In this document: piece by piece, positions 1 through 10,804 of the stretch
How the letters are laid out: each line of letters starts with the position of its first letter
Numbering within the stretch: position 1 is the first letter of the stretch
Source: Bacteroides sp.
GTDB taxonomy: Bacteria; Bacteroidota; Bacteroidia; Bacteroidales; Bacteroidaceae
Direction: 5' to 3'
DNA: 64,000 nt
NCBI GenBank assembly: GCA_015060765.1
Contig: SUXW01000016.1
Coordinates: 420-64,419, forward strand
Made by a program: the position numbers and the translations under genes
The notes under the pieces: generated by a model
Told to the model about the DNA's origin: nothing
The model's input: only the letters and a program-made list of their open reading frames with translations
Databases searched by the model: none

Positions 1-810
1 CAAGCAGGTTCAGCCATCTATTTGCCTTGGGGAGCAACAATCATTACCTTCATTCTTGGAGGAATATACAAAAAATTTCCTGCTTCAAAGAAAAGAGCAA
101 TCTACTCACTGTTTATCATACAAAGCTTGGTTATAGGCACATTCTTCTGCATGAACCTTCCACAACATATCAACAAAGACAATGAAGTATTCAAAGAACT
201 GAATTATTGGGCACGGCATGAACATTGGGACCAAATCATAGAACGATGTAATCAGATTCCGATGACCAACCTGCTTCATCAGAATTATCTAAACCTGGCA
301 TTCGCTGAAAAAGAAATACTCAACGAAAAAATACACAACTATCCTAATATGGGCATACAAAGTCTCCTCTTTACTGGAGGTAGGACCCCTTACCTATCAG
401 CCATGCTCAGTGATATATACTATTCAATGGGTCACATTGCCTTTTCTCGTCGATATGCATTTGAAGCCAATGAAAGCGCCGGTAATTACTCACCCAAATT
501 ACTTAAGCGGCTCGTACAAACAAGTCTTATCTATGGAGAGAACAAATTAGCACTCAAGTATATAGGTATATTAGAGAAAACATTATTTTATAAAAAATGG
601 GCAAAAAAGCAACGCTATATGTTGGAAAAAGGAACAGAAGACTCAAATTTATCCAATAAAAGAAAATGCTTGTTCCCCGACAATCGTTTTTCTGGCAGCA
701 AAGGGCTTGATAAAGATTTGGAAGAAATCATCAAGAGCAACCCCAATCATCAGGCTACAGCCCAATATTTAGAAGCGATTCGTTTATTCATTGGAAATAT
801 TATACCCTAA
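1..810 (+). CDS. DUF6057-like membrane/TPR-like protein, 5' truncated by the window edge
   Basis: Frame is open from the window start. TM segments are followed by a helical domain (NYLNLA...SDIYYSMG...AFEA...RLVQTSLIYGE..ALKYIGILEKTLFY..WA) typical of Bacteroidales DUF6057 proteins, which sit upstream of PD40 lipoproteins. Confidence 0.65.
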   Translation, partial: QAGSAIYLPWGATIITFILGGIYKKFPASKKRAIYSLFIIQSLVIGTFFCMNLPQHINKDNEVFKELNYWARHEHWDQIIERCNQIPMTNLLHQNYLNLAFAEKEILNEKIHNYPNMGIQSLLFTGGRTPYLSAMLSDIYYSMGHIAFSRRYAFEANESAGNYSPKLLKRLVQTSLIYGENKLALKYIGILEKTLFYKKWAKKQRYMLEKGTEDSNLSNKRKCLFPDNRFSGSKGLDKDLEEIIKSNPNHQATAQYLEAIRLFIGNIIP

Positions 811-813
811 ATC

Positions 814-2292
814 ATGAAAAAACCATTAATACCTTCATTGGTCTCAGCAGGGATAAGTATTTTGTTCACTGCCTGTTCGCAAAACATTCAAATAGAGAAA
901 ACCGTTAATACGCTACCCAACATCGTCCCCGACTATACAGAAGTAACTATACCATGCAACATTGCTCCGTTGCATTTCAGCATACCCGACAGTTGTCAGG
1001 CAACTCGCCTACAAGCCATATTCCAATCGGGTAATTTGGAAATCAGAATAAAAGGGAAGAAAGGACAAATAGCTCCCTCGTTCAAAGAATGGGAAAAACT
1101 ATTGGCTGCTTCGGATACACTCAGCATACGGTTGCAAGTTGAGGAAAACAGTCTATGGAAAGAATATGCCCCTTTCCACATCTACATCAAGCAAGAACAG
1201 ATAGATTCCCATTTGGCATACCGACTGATTGAACCTGGTTATGAAATATGGAATGAAATGGGCATTTACCAACGATGTTTGGAAAACTTTGAAGAAAAAG
1301 CCATTATAACAAACAAAATGACTGGATATGGATGTATGAATTGCCATTCCTTCCATCAATACAATCCTGAAAAAATGCTATTCCATTTGAGAGTAGACTA
1401 CGGAGGAACTTACCTTACATACGGTGAAGAAATAGAAAAGCTAAACACACGGACACCACAGACCCAATATGCTTTGGTGTATCCATCTTGGCACCCTTCC
1501 GGCGACTTTATAGCCTTTTCCGTAAACAACACCAAACAGATGTTTCACACTACTGACATCAATCGCATAGAAGTGATGGATTTTGCATCCAATGTGGTTG
1601 TATACGACGTAAAGCGTCATGAAATCGTCACCTCCAAGCAAATATTTTCACCAAACGTCTTCGAGACGTTCCCCACGTTCTCATCGGATGGCAAAACGTT
1701 ATATTATTGTGCGGCAGACAGTGTGCCCATGCACGAAGCATACGACCAAGTTAAATACAGCCTCTGTTCCATTCCTTTCGATGCAAATAACCGTACATTC
1801 GGTGAAGTAGTCGATACACTATACAACGCAAAGGGAACAAACAAGAGTGTATCATTTCCCCGTGTATCTCCTGATGGGAAATTCTTGATGTTCACTCTTT
1901 CTACATATGGGAATTTCTCCATCTGGCACAAAGATGCGGACCTTTATCTTCTACACCTGGCTGACAAAAAGTATACTCCACTCACCACACTCAACAGCAA
2001 CGATGTAGAAAGTTACCATTCATGGAGTAGCAACGGACGATGGGTGGTATTCAGTAGTCGAAGAGATGACGGTCTCTACACTCGTCCGTACATTGCCTTT
2101 ATAGACGAGAATGGCAATCCTCACAAACCATTCCTTCTTCCCCAACAAGAGAAAGAGCATTACTCCATGCTTATGAAATCCTTCAATATTCCTGAATTCA
2201 TTACAGGAGAAGTCAAAACCGATGCATACGAACTGAGCCGTACAGCTAAAGAAGAAAAAGGTATCGACGTAACATTCGCAGGTATCCAATAA
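814..2292 (+). CDS. TolB-like/PD40 beta-propeller lipoprotein with a CxxCH motif
   Basis: Lipobox LFTAC; PD40-type repeats (YPSWHPSG, FPTFSSDG, FPRVSPDG, YHSWSSNG); GCMNCHSF motif. Confidence 0.75.
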   Translation: MKKPLIPSLVSAGISILFTACSQNIQIEKTVNTLPNIVPDYTEVTIPCNIAPLHFSIPDSCQATRLQAIFQSGNLEIRIKGKKGQIAPSFKEWEKLLAASDTLSIRLQVEENSLWKEYAPFHIYIKQEQIDSHLAYRLIEPGYEIWNEMGIYQRCLENFEEKAIITNKMTGYGCMNCHSFHQYNPEKMLFHLRVDYGGTYLTYGEEIEKLNTRTPQTQYALVYPSWHPSGDFIAFSVNNTKQMFHTTDINRIEVMDFASNVVVYDVKRHEIVTSKQIFSPNVFETFPTFSSDGKTLYYCAADSVPMHEAYDQVKYSLCSIPFDANNRTFGEVVDTLYNAKGTNKSVSFPRVSPDGKFLMFTLSTYGNFSIWHKDADLYLLHLADKKYTPLTTLNSNDVESYHSWSSNGRWVVFSSRRDDGLYTRPYIAFIDENGNPHKPFLLPQQEKEHYSMLMKSFNIPEFITGEVKTDAYELSRTAKEEKGIDVTFAGIQ

Positions 2293-2295
2293 TTA

Positions 2296-2331
2296 AAAGG
2301 ACCATGCCTAATCCCTTAGACATGGTCCCAA
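2296..2331. terminator. Intrinsic terminator hairpin between convergent genes
   Basis: GGGACCATG...CATGGTCCC inverted repeat with flanking A-run. Confidence 0.65.
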
Positions 2332-2379
2332 CACTTTAAATCTACCTAAAAAAAACGCTAAGTATGTTTGTTGTTATCA

Positions 2380-4275
2380 TTATTCTTTACCTGCATAAGC
2401 CGGGTTCTGATCACAAAGCGGGTTCTTGTTCAATTCATCTTCTGGAATAGGCATATCCATCTTCAAGCCGTTGTAATCATAGTCACGGTTAGTCCAAGGA
2501 ATATTAGTCAAATCATCATTATTACGCTTAGGATAATTTGTCTTCACGTGGTCTTCCATGTAGTTAGAACGTTGCATATCCGGACGGAGACACCATTCGC
2601 AGTTGAATTCCTTACGACGTTCTTCGTTAACAGCAACCTTCCAAACTGGAGATGAGAAGCCCTTCTTATCATGCAATGCTGTATAATAAGTCTTGGCATC
2701 AGCTACTTCGTCTACATAGCTACCGAATGGGATAGGATATTCTTCAAGCTGAACAGCATTGGCATTACCCATACCGTTGATAAATGTAGCAAAGCCATTA
2801 TAGAATGGTAAGTATTTAGCTGTCAATTCTGCTTCATGACCATCTTCCAACTTACCGAATGCACGTTGACGAAGAGCATTGATTTGCTTCCAACCTTCTG
2901 TTTCATCACCTAAGATAAAGCAACATTCAGCATAGTCCAACATTACGTTCGGGAGACGTTTCCAATAGATAGGAGCAGAACTCCACATACCACCACCCCA
3001 AGAGTTATATTGAGCAGAAGCAGTACGCCAGAATTTAGAACTCCAAATAGAAGGTGCATATTCACCATTGAAGAAGTGGAATTGCTTAGTCTTGGTATCA
3101 GCTGTACCGTTACCCAAACTTTCTTGCAAGTAAGGATGCTTACCATATACAGATTCTACATACCAACCTTCGTATTGAGGATCATAAGCAGGATCATTTG
3201 GATTAATCTGAGGAACAGCACCTGTTACAGCCGAACCTTCACGACGCTTGTCACCTACTTCATAAGATGACCACCATTCCCATGACAAGAAGAGTGAGCC
3301 CCAACCGCCATTACCTTCTGGACAAGCTACATACCACTTCAAGTTGATGTTAGAAGTCAAGTCGCCCCAGCTACTCCAGTTGCCACCTTCGTCCAATTGT
3401 TCAACCCAGATAGCTTCCTTACCCCATGCAGAAGCAGGGTCCCAGTTAGTAGTAAATGAACGGTTCAATTCATAAGTACCGCTATCCAAGATTTGCTTCA
3501 AAGCAGTCTTAGCTTGTTCGTAGCATTGCTTGGCAGTAGCTTCATCTTTACCCATACCATTGTCACCGTCTGTCAAACGATAAGCTTTCCACATGTAAGC
3601 ATCAGCCAAATAAGCCAAAGCCATACCCTTGGTAGCACGACCATATTGTCCATCCAATGGTTCCCAATCCAGTAATTCGGCAGCAGCCTTAAAGTCTTCG
3701 ATTACGAAGTCCCACATTTCAGCATAAGTTTCTGCACGAGCTTTCTGAGGAGTATTAGAGAAGTTTTCACCTGTAGCCAACATTGGTACACGACCGAATG
3801 TAGTACCCAACCAATGATAGAAGAAACCACGGAGTGCGCGACCTTCACCTTCCAACTTAGCCTTAACAGGAGCACTTACTTTTTCAGAAGATTCCAAACC
3901 TGTCAAATAGTCATTAGCACGACAGATTGCTGCATATACATGCTTCCAACCGTTAAGCAATTCACCACTTGATGCATTCCATTTCTGTACGTTCCAGTCC
4001 TTATCCCAACCGGTAGCTTGTGTATCGATAGTTGGGTGAGAACCTGTAAAGAGGTTTGGTTTGAAACCCCAGTCACCGTCATAAGCACCATTGGGGTACA
4101 TCATATCATACACACCATTCAAACCTGTCTTGGCATTGGCATCATTTTCATACATGGCTGCCATTTCAATGACATTGTATTGGGTTACATTCAGGAACTC
4201 GTCATTGTCACATGATGTGAAGCCGAGAGCCATGGCGCTGCAAACCAATGTTCCAAATATATATTTTGCTTTCAT
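2380..4275 (-). CDS. SusD/RagB family nutrient-binding outer membrane lipoprotein
   Basis: Lipobox FTSC; GEGRALRGFFY, GRATKGMALAYLA, NEERRKEF and PIPEDEL...QNPAY motifs; directly downstream of SusC. Confidence 0.92.
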   Translation of the reverse strand: MKAKYIFGTLVCSAMALGFTSCDNDEFLNVTQYNVIEMAAMYENDANAKTGLNGVYDMMYPNGAYDGDWGFKPNLFTGSHPTIDTQATGWDKDWNVQKWNASSGELLNGWKHVYAAICRANDYLTGLESSEKVSAPVKAKLEGEGRALRGFFYHWLGTTFGRVPMLATGENFSNTPQKARAETYAEMWDFVIEDFKAAAELLDWEPLDGQYGRATKGMALAYLADAYMWKAYRLTDGDNGMGKDEATAKQCYEQAKTALKQILDSGTYELNRSFTTNWDPASAWGKEAIWVEQLDEGGNWSSWGDLTSNINLKWYVACPEGNGGWGSLFLSWEWWSSYEVGDKRREGSAVTGAVPQINPNDPAYDPQYEGWYVESVYGKHPYLQESLGNGTADTKTKQFHFFNGEYAPSIWSSKFWRTASAQYNSWGGGMWSSAPIYWKRLPNVMLDYAECCFILGDETEGWKQINALRQRAFGKLEDGHEAELTAKYLPFYNGFATFINGMGNANAVQLEEYPIPFGSYVDEVADAKTYYTALHDKKGFSSPVWKVAVNEERRKEFNCEWCLRPDMQRSNYMEDHVKTNYPKRNNDDLTNIPWTNRDYDYNGLKMDMPIPEDELNKNPLCDQNPAYAGKE

Positions 4276-4324
4276 ATATGTAATCTTATTTATTTATAAT
4301 TCAATTAAACGAATCTCCTTTGGA

Positions 4325-7300
4325 TTAGAATGTAACATTCAAACCAGCCATGAATGTACGTGGCATTGGGTAACGACCAGTATCCAAACCAGTGTAAAGA
4401 ACTGAACCTTGACCAACTTCAGGATCACCATACTTCTTGTAACCAGAGAGGAGTAACAAGTTTTGAACACCCAAATATACGCGAGCCTTCTGGATAGAAA
4501 GTTTCTTAGAAATTTCCTTAGGAAGAGTATAACCTACTTGCAAGTTGCTGATACGGAAGAAGTCACCGTTCTTCACCCATGCATCACTGGCACGACGGTT
4601 AGAGTTCAAGTCAAGCAAAGAAAGACGTGGCAAAGAACCTTCACCATTGCGGAATGCAGCGTCATAAGATTCCTTCAATACGTTTACAGTAGTCTGGTCA
4701 TCAGAAGCAAACATGTTGCTCAAACGCATAGCAGAGTAAGAGAAGATTTCTTGACCCAATACACCGTTCATAGCCATGCTGAAGTCCCAATCCTTATAAG
4801 TAGCGCCTACAGTAATACCATAGTTCAATGCTGGGAAACCGTTACCCAAGATTACTCTATCGTTACCATCGATAACACCGTTATTATCAATATCCTTGAA
4901 ACGGAAGTCACCTACTGCTGCACCTGAGCCGTAGCTATCAGATGTGATATTCTTTTGATATTCTGCCAATTCAGCTTCATTCTTAATGATACCGTCAGTC
5001 AAGAAACCGTAGAATGAACCTACTGCTTCGCCTTCCATACAGATTGAGTGGTCGCCCCATTTGAAACCGTTCGGGTCACCTACTGCCTGTACGTTAGAAC
5101 CGTCGAGTGTACCGGCACCGTTAGCCGAACATGTGCTATAGATAGGATCACCCATCTTCTTAACCTTATTGCTCAAAGTAGAACCGTTCAAAGAAACATT
5201 GAAACCGAAGTCCTTGTTCACTTGCTTGTGATAGTTAACAGTAAATTCAAAACCCTTGTTTTCAATTTCACCATAGTTGGTATAGATAGAAGTGAAACCA
5301 GCTGTCGGACGAATTTGTTGAGTCAACAACAAGTCCTTAGTATTCTTGATAAAGTATTCCAAAGTAACATCCCAGTTTTCGAGGAAGCTGAAGTCGATAC
5401 CGAAGTTCAACATTTCATTGGTTTCCCACTTCAAGTTAGTGTCCACCAAACCAGCATACCAACCAGTCAAACGATCGCGGTTACCACCGAAAGCACCGGC
5501 ATGACCACCTGCAGGATAGAAGTTATAAGCAGCATCACCACTCAATGCAGCAACAGCACGACCGGTCATGTTACCAGAGTTACCAGTTTGACCCCAACCC
5601 ACGCGGAGCTTCAAGTTGTCAATATATTCAATATCCTTCATGAAAGCTTCTTCGCTGATACGCCATGCAGCAGCTGCTGATGGGAATGTACCCCAACGGT
5701 TACCAGAACCGAAGTTAGAAGAACCGTCGCGACGGATAGTACCTGTCAAGATATAGCGGTCCATCAAAACGTATGATGCACGAGCAAAGTAAGAAATGCT
5801 ACGAACTTCAGCATTGTAAGCACCACCTGATTGCTTAGAACTTGGGTCTTGAGTCAAGCCCATATCACGGTTGTTTACAGACGGGAAGTCCTTAACGCTT
5901 GCGTTCAACCATTCACCCCAAGACTTGCTAACTTCGTTACCAGCCATCAAATTCAAGCTGTGGAGGTCATTTTGGAAGTTATAAGTCAAATAAGTCTGAA
6001 TACCGAGGCTGTTATAAACGCTCTGGTTCATAGAGAAGTTATAAATCTGGTCAGTCTTAGTTTGGAATTCTTCAATTTCAGTCAACTTACCACCAATGTA
6101 GTTATAACGCTTGTGGCCACCAGTAAAGTCTGAGCTGTGGTTACCGGAATAAGTATAAGTACCTTGAGACTTGATATTCAATTTGTGATTCTTGGTATCC
6201 AAGAAAGTCAAATCAATATAACCTGTAGTTTGGATACGATGACTTGCATTACGGTTACGTTCGCCGTTTTCCATCTGAGAAGCATATGGGTTATTGAAGA
6301 TAGAAGTATTACCTTCCCAACCATCTGATGTATCCAAGAAACCAGTACCATAAGTTCCATCAGGATTTTCCAAATTAACATGAATAAGTTCACCGTTAAT
6401 ACTATTACCTACCAAGTAGTCCAAAGTCGGAGTCATGAAGGCAAAGTCACGGAGTGAAGACATGTTACCATTGTTACCCAATGCCATGTTAGAACCGTGG
6501 CTTGAAGAACGTACATAGTTGATATCACCACCAATTTCCAAGAACTTATTGATCTTAGAATTTACATTGGCACGCATAGTGAAACGGTTATAGTTGGTAT
6601 TTACAACCAAACCTTCAACGTCCATATAACCGGCAGACAAACTATATTGAGTCTTTTCATTACCACCGTTCAAAGAAATACCATATTGCTGACGAAGAGC
6701 CGGACGAGTCATTTCCTTTTGCCAATTGATGTATTGACGCTTGCCATCAAATTTTTGGTCCCAAATCTGATTGTAAAGACCGTTACCATCGTTAGCGCGA
6801 GCTTCACGGATAGCTGCAGCATAAGCATCGATACCTTGAGTATCCAAAGTATAAGGAAGAGTTTGGAGACCAAAGTCAGCTGTAATATTGATTTGAGAAG
6901 AACCTTTCTTACCATGCTTGGTTGTAATCATTACCACACCGTTAGCACCGGCAGAACCGTAGATAGCAGTTGCAGAAGCATCCTTCAAGATTTCGATACG
7001 TTCGATATCCGATGGATTAACGAAGTTTGCATTAGTACCTACCTGAACACCATCCACTACATAAAGAGGAGAAGCGTCACCATTGATGGTTCCGACACCA
7101 CGAATACGGATAGCAGCGTTAGCATCAGGAGAACCGTCTTGTTGAGTTACCATAACACCAGCAGCAGCACCTTGCAAAGCTTGACCGATATTCTGAGGAA
7201 TACGGCGCATCACTGCTTCTTGATTTACAGTTGTCACAGCACCAGAGATATCACTCTTCTTCATGGTACCGTAACCCACTACTACCACTTCATCCAAAGT

Positions 7301-7609
7301 TTTGGTATCTTCTTGCAATACCACACTAATTGATTTTCTTCCCTTTACTGCTACAGTCTGAGTTTTGTATCCAATAAAAGAGAATGTAAGACTAGCGTCC
7401 GCAGGGACATTCAATTCAAAATTACCGTCAAAATCGGTAATAATACCATTCGTTGTTCCAGTTTGCAGAACATTCACACCAATTAAAGGTTCACCATTTG
7501 CATCTTTAACAGAACCTTTCACACTAATGTTTTGGGCATTCACACTTAGAGGCATTATTATTGCGAACAATAACAGGCCCAGCCACTTTGTAAAATTAAT
7601 GTTTCTCAT
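4325..7609 (-). CDS. SusC/RagA family TonB-dependent outer membrane transporter
   Basis: Signal peptide, CarboxypepD_reg-like N-domain, LDEVVVVGYG, IEILKDASATAIYGSAGANGVVMIT, RRDGSSNFG, LKWET, C-terminal YPMPRTFMAGLNVTF. Confidence 0.96.
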   Translation of the reverse strand: MRNINFTKWLGLLLFAIIMPLSVNAQNISVKGSVKDANGEPLIGVNVLQTGTTNGIITDFDGNFELNVPADASLTFSFIGYKTQTVAVKGRKSISVVLQEDTKTLDEVVVVGYGTMKKSDISGAVTTVNQEAVMRRIPQNIGQALQGAAAGVMVTQQDGSPDANAAIRIRGVGTINGDASPLYVVDGVQVGTNANFVNPSDIERIEILKDASATAIYGSAGANGVVMITTKHGKKGSSQINITADFGLQTLPYTLDTQGIDAYAAAIREARANDGNGLYNQIWDQKFDGKRQYINWQKEMTRPALRQQYGISLNGGNEKTQYSLSAGYMDVEGLVVNTNYNRFTMRANVNSKINKFLEIGGDINYVRSSSHGSNMALGNNGNMSSLRDFAFMTPTLDYLVGNSINGELIHVNLENPDGTYGTGFLDTSDGWEGNTSIFNNPYASQMENGERNRNASHRIQTTGYIDLTFLDTKNHKLNIKSQGTYTYSGNHSSDFTGGHKRYNYIGGKLTEIEEFQTKTDQIYNFSMNQSVYNSLGIQTYLTYNFQNDLHSLNLMAGNEVSKSWGEWLNASVKDFPSVNNRDMGLTQDPSSKQSGGAYNAEVRSISYFARASYVLMDRYILTGTIRRDGSSNFGSGNRWGTFPSAAAAWRISEEAFMKDIEYIDNLKLRVGWGQTGNSGNMTGRAVAALSGDAAYNFYPAGGHAGAFGGNRDRLTGWYAGLVDTNLKWETNEMLNFGIDFSFLENWDVTLEYFIKNTKDLLLTQQIRPTAGFTSIYTNYGEIENKGFEFTVNYHKQVNKDFGFNVSLNGSTLSNKVKKMGDPIYSTCSANGAGTLDGSNVQAVGDPNGFKWGDHSICMEGEAVGSFYGFLTDGIIKNEAELAEYQKNITSDSYGSGAAVGDFRFKDIDNNGVIDGNDRVILGNGFPALNYGITVGATYKDWDFSMAMNGVLGQEIFSYSAMRLSNMFASDDQTTVNVLKESYDAAFRNGEGSLPRLSLLDLNSNRRASDAWVKNGDFFRISNLQVGYTLPKEISKKLSIQKARVYLGVQNLLLLSGYKKYGDPEVGQGSVLYTGLDTGRYPMPRTFMAGLNVTF

Positions 7610-7754
7610 ACATAAATTAATAATAGATATTAAGCAATTTTCAATAATTATTCAAGGATTTTACCTTAGTACATTAAGTTCTTCAATCAAAATACTTTCA
7701 CGTTTTCATAAAGCTTTTTCATTTTCGTTAGAATTAAACTATTTTTCACAACCG

Positions 7755-7762
7755 CAAATATA
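7755..7762 (-). promoter_or_regulatory. Bacteroidetes housekeeping -7 promoter box for susC
   Basis: TATATTTG on the - strand (TAnnTTTG consensus) about 145 nt upstream of the susC start. Confidence 0.5.
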
Positions 7763-7920
7763 TCTTACAATAGCAAAAACTATTTAATTTTAATGAAACA
7801 TGAATCTTTTTCAATTCAACATATTTCAATTCAATGATACATTTTCCTTTAAAAATCAGCAAAAATCCCTTTTGTAAGCTATCAGAAGGAGTATCATAGA
7901 AAAACGAGTCCTTTAAAAGC

Positions 7921-7957
7921 AAAACGGGCAGATGTACAAATGTACATCCGCCCGTTT
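7921..7957 (-). terminator. Intrinsic terminator of the hpt-adk-obgE operon
   Basis: AAACGGGC-GATGTACA...TGTACATC-GCCCGTTT hairpin right after the last gene. Confidence 0.75.
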
Positions 7958-8148
7958 CATTTACCTTTATGCCGATTGGCCCGTTTTTTTCGAATATCCG
8001 CTTTCATTTTGGCCGCACCCGATCCATGAAGACCCGTAATATACGTCTTCTTTTTAGCTTTCGTCTTCACCTTTTCCTCTTGCCGGTTTGCAGAAGTACC
8101 CGTCTTCTTAAAAACCATACCTTGCGTCAATATCTTTTCAATATCCAT
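7957..8148 (-). CDS. Small basic (K/R-rich) hypothetical protein
   Basis: 63-aa ORF (MDIEKILTQGMVFKK...RKKRANRHKGK), last in the operon and followed by a terminator. Confidence 0.6.
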   Translation of the reverse strand: MDIEKILTQGMVFKKTGTSANRQEEKVKTKAKKKTYITGLHGSGAAKMKADIRKKRANRHKGK

Positions 8149-8164
8149 ATATCCATTATTGTTT

Positions 8165-8827
8165 TTAAAATTCAATCACGGTCACCTCATCTGCCGAAGC
8201 AAAATCTTCAAGCAACCGTATCATATAATCTGCAGCCTCCTTCAGTCCTTCTTTACCGCTATACCCATTGATAATAGCGAGCAAATGCGTCGTATTCAAG
8301 TCCAATTTAGTCCTTTCATGATCGCTTGTAGGGGTTCCAATACCTCCACACGCATCTCTATATACAGGCATACCTTCAATATTCAATATTCCTCTCCCTA
8401 TGCCTTCGTAAGGTTCGCCGACTTGTCCTATCCCCAGCACCAACGAATCACCCTGAATCTTATCCGCATCAAAGCCTCCAATAGAATAACCATATCGGAT
8501 GGATACGACATTAATCAAATCAACTAATGTATCAATTTGATACAAAGGCAAGCCTCGAAGAATCCGTCGACACAATGCTTCTCCAGAAGGGCGATACCGA
8601 CTCGGATCCTTCCCACATTTCTTATAGGCTTCACGAGTGGCATGAATTGTTTTCATATTCTTAATCGAATCGGGAGTGTACTTTTCCCGATAACTCACGG
8701 TGAATTCGTCAATAATCTTCCATAATTCATCGTTGAAAGGTGTATTCTTCACCTTCGCCCAAACGGCAATTCCCGCAAATACGGGGCACGCCTTTCTAAT
8801 TTCCTCCGATACTGTAATCTTTATCAT
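8165..8827 (-). CDS. B3/B4 domain protein (PheT-related tRNA editing domain)
   Basis: GKDPSRYRPSGEALCRR, IDTLVDLINVVS and SIGGFDADKI motifs of the B3/4 family. Confidence 0.85.
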   Translation of the reverse strand: MIKITVSEEIRKACPVFAGIAVWAKVKNTPFNDELWKIIDEFTVSYREKYTPDSIKNMKTIHATREAYKKCGKDPSRYRPSGEALCRRILRGLPLYQIDTLVDLINVVSIRYGYSIGGFDADKIQGDSLVLGIGQVGEPYEGIGRGILNIEGMPVYRDACGGIGTPTSDHERTKLDLNTTHLLAIINGYSGKEGLKEAADYMIRLLEDFASADEVTVIEF

Positions 8828-9618
8828 TTTCCATTCATTTGATGCAACATGATACCCGATAAAATGCGTCCGGAATGGATTCCCAATCTGCGCGCCGAGA
8901 AAAAATCCTCGTAATGGTTATAGGTACATAGACCAGCCGTTTCAATCCGTTCCGGCTTCACACCTTGTTCCAATAGCTGAATACGATTAGCTTCCCATAA
9001 ATCAAGATGCCATTTCTCGTATTTCCGGGCAATCCGATTCATATCAAACCCTGCCTCTTCAAATGCAGCATATACCTCATCACCCACTTCAAACGCTTCC
9101 AAAGATATACCTGGGCCGATACACGCCATCACATCCTTTCCATCCGTACCATAGTTTTTTTTCATGGTTACTATCGTTTTACCTACGATGTTCCCCACTG
9201 TCCCTCTCCATCCGGCATGAGCCGCAGCTATCACCTGATTCTTATCATCATAAAGCAAGACCGGAATGCAATCTGCCGTAGAGATGCACAAACAGAGCCC
9301 CTGCTCACGAGTTACCAACGCATCTACATCTTCCAGTTCCTCTCTTTCAGGTATAGAAGTTACGATTCTCACATTTGTACTATGCGTTTGCCGGGGAATA
9401 ACTAAAGCACGAGGAGGTTGAGCCAACAATGAAGACAACAAGCGTTTGTTCTGTTCTACATTTTCCTGCAAGTCCCCACAATAATGAGTACAGTTAAATG
9501 AAGCATAAGCCCCTTCACTGCATCCTCCGTGCCGTGTAGTGGAAAAACAAGAAATGTTGGGATACGGCTTCATCAGTCCGTATTCCAACATTCTTTTATC
9601 TGATGTCAGTCTTTTCAT
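8824..9618 (-). CDS. pgeF: Peptidoglycan editing factor PgeF/YfiH (purine nucleoside phosphorylase-like)
   Basis: [43 protein letters not shown] motifs. Confidence 0.92.
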   Translation of the reverse strand: MKRLTSDKRMLEYGLMKPYPNISCFSTTRHGGCSEGAYASFNCTHYCGDLQENVEQNKRLLSSLLAQPPRALVIPRQTHSTNVRIVTSIPEREELEDVDALVTREQGLCLCISTADCIPVLLYDDKNQVIAAAHAGWRGTVGNIVGKTIVTMKKNYGTDGKDVMACIGPGISLEAFEVGDEVYAAFEEAGFDMNRIARKYEKWHLDLWEANRIQLLEQGVKPERIETAGLCTYNHYEDFFSARRLGIHSGRILSGIMLHQMNGK

Positions 9619-10793
9619 TCTTCGTCTTCCTCGTCCCAGTCCTCTTCTTCGTATTCATAATCAAAATCATCATCATCGTCCTCATACTCAAATTCAAACT
9701 CTTCGTCTTCACCCATATCTTTCAATTCCTGCTGAAGTTTCAAGACATCCTTTGCCCGATGGACAATCGTTTCTGTACTGGCACCACCCAACTTATTGCT
9801 TTCCTTATTCAATTCAGTCCACAAAATATCCTTCAATTGCTGGATACCCATTCCTGTAATAGACGAAATAAAAATGTGAGGAACATTTTCAGGCAAGCCC
9901 GGCTCCAGCATTTCCATCAGTTCTTCATCGAGCATATCACTTTTGGTAATAGCCAAAACACGTTGTTTATCGAGCATCTCCGGATTAAACCGAGCCAATT
10001 CATTCAATAGAATATCGTATTCTTTACGGATATCATCCGTATCACCCGGCACCATAAACAACAGGAGCGAATTACGTTCGATATGACGCAAGAAACGAAG
10101 TCCTAAACCTTTTCCTTCACTGGCTCCTTCTATAATACCAGGAATATCAGCCATAACAAACGAAGTTCCTTCACGATGGGAGACGATTCCTAAATTGGGT
10201 TCCAGTGTAGTAAATGGATAATTCGCGATTTTCGGACGAGCAGCTGATACAGACGAGAGCAAAGTTGATTTGCCGGCATTCGGGAACCCGACCAAACCGA
10301 CATCGGCCAGCATTTTCAATTCCAGAATCACCGTCAGTTCCTGCATCGGTTCACCCGGTTGTGCAAAACGAGGTGCCTGACGGGTAGCTGTACGGAAATG
10401 CCAATTGCCTAAACCACCTCTTCCTCCTTTCAACAAGATCACTTCTTGTCCATGTTCCGTTATATCACACAAATATTCACCAGTTTCAGCATTGTATGCC
10501 ACTGTTCCACAAGGTACTTCAATAATCTTGTCTTCACCGTCCTTACCAAAACTTTTGTTTTTGGAACCATTTTCTCCGTGTGTAGCGAAAGCATGACGGT
10601 CGTATCTCAGATGGAGCAATGTCCAATAATTGCGGTTACCACGCAAGATAACATGACCTCCTCGTCCTCCATCTCCTCCATCGGGGCCTCCATTGGGAGT
10701 ATATTTAGCCCGATGCATATGCACGGAACCTCTTCCGCCCTTACCCGAGCGGCAATAAATCTTCACATAATCAACGAAATTCGATTCAGCCAT
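9615..10793 (-). CDS. obgE: GTPase ObgE/CgtA
   Basis: Gly-rich Obg domain, [21 protein letters not shown]; acidic C-terminal tail. Confidence 0.98.
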   Translation of the reverse strand: MAESNFVDYVKIYCRSGKGGRGSVHMHRAKYTPNGGPDGGDGGRGGHVILRGNRNYWTLLHLRYDRHAFATHGENGSKNKSFGKDGEDKIIEVPCGTVAYNAETGEYLCDITEHGQEVILLKGGRGGLGNWHFRTATRQAPRFAQPGEPMQELTVILELKMLADVGLVGFPNAGKSTLLSSVSAARPKIANYPFTTLEPNLGIVSHREGTSFVMADIPGIIEGASEGKGLGLRFLRHIERNSLLLFMVPGDTDDIRKEYDILLNELARFNPEMLDKQRVLAITKSDMLDEELMEMLEPGLPENVPHIFISSITGMGIQQLKDILWTELNKESNKLGGASTETIVHRAKDVLKLQQELKDMGEDEEFEFEYEDDDDDFDYEYEEEDWDEEDEE

Positions 10794-10804
10794 TGTTCAA
10801 TCTA

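Noticed and set aside
4463-7333. Several 100-230 aa + strand ORFs inside susC
   Set aside because: Antisense shadows of a strongly biased gene.
9615-9720. Highly acidic low-complexity tail of ObgE
   Set aside because: Common feature of Obg C-termini.
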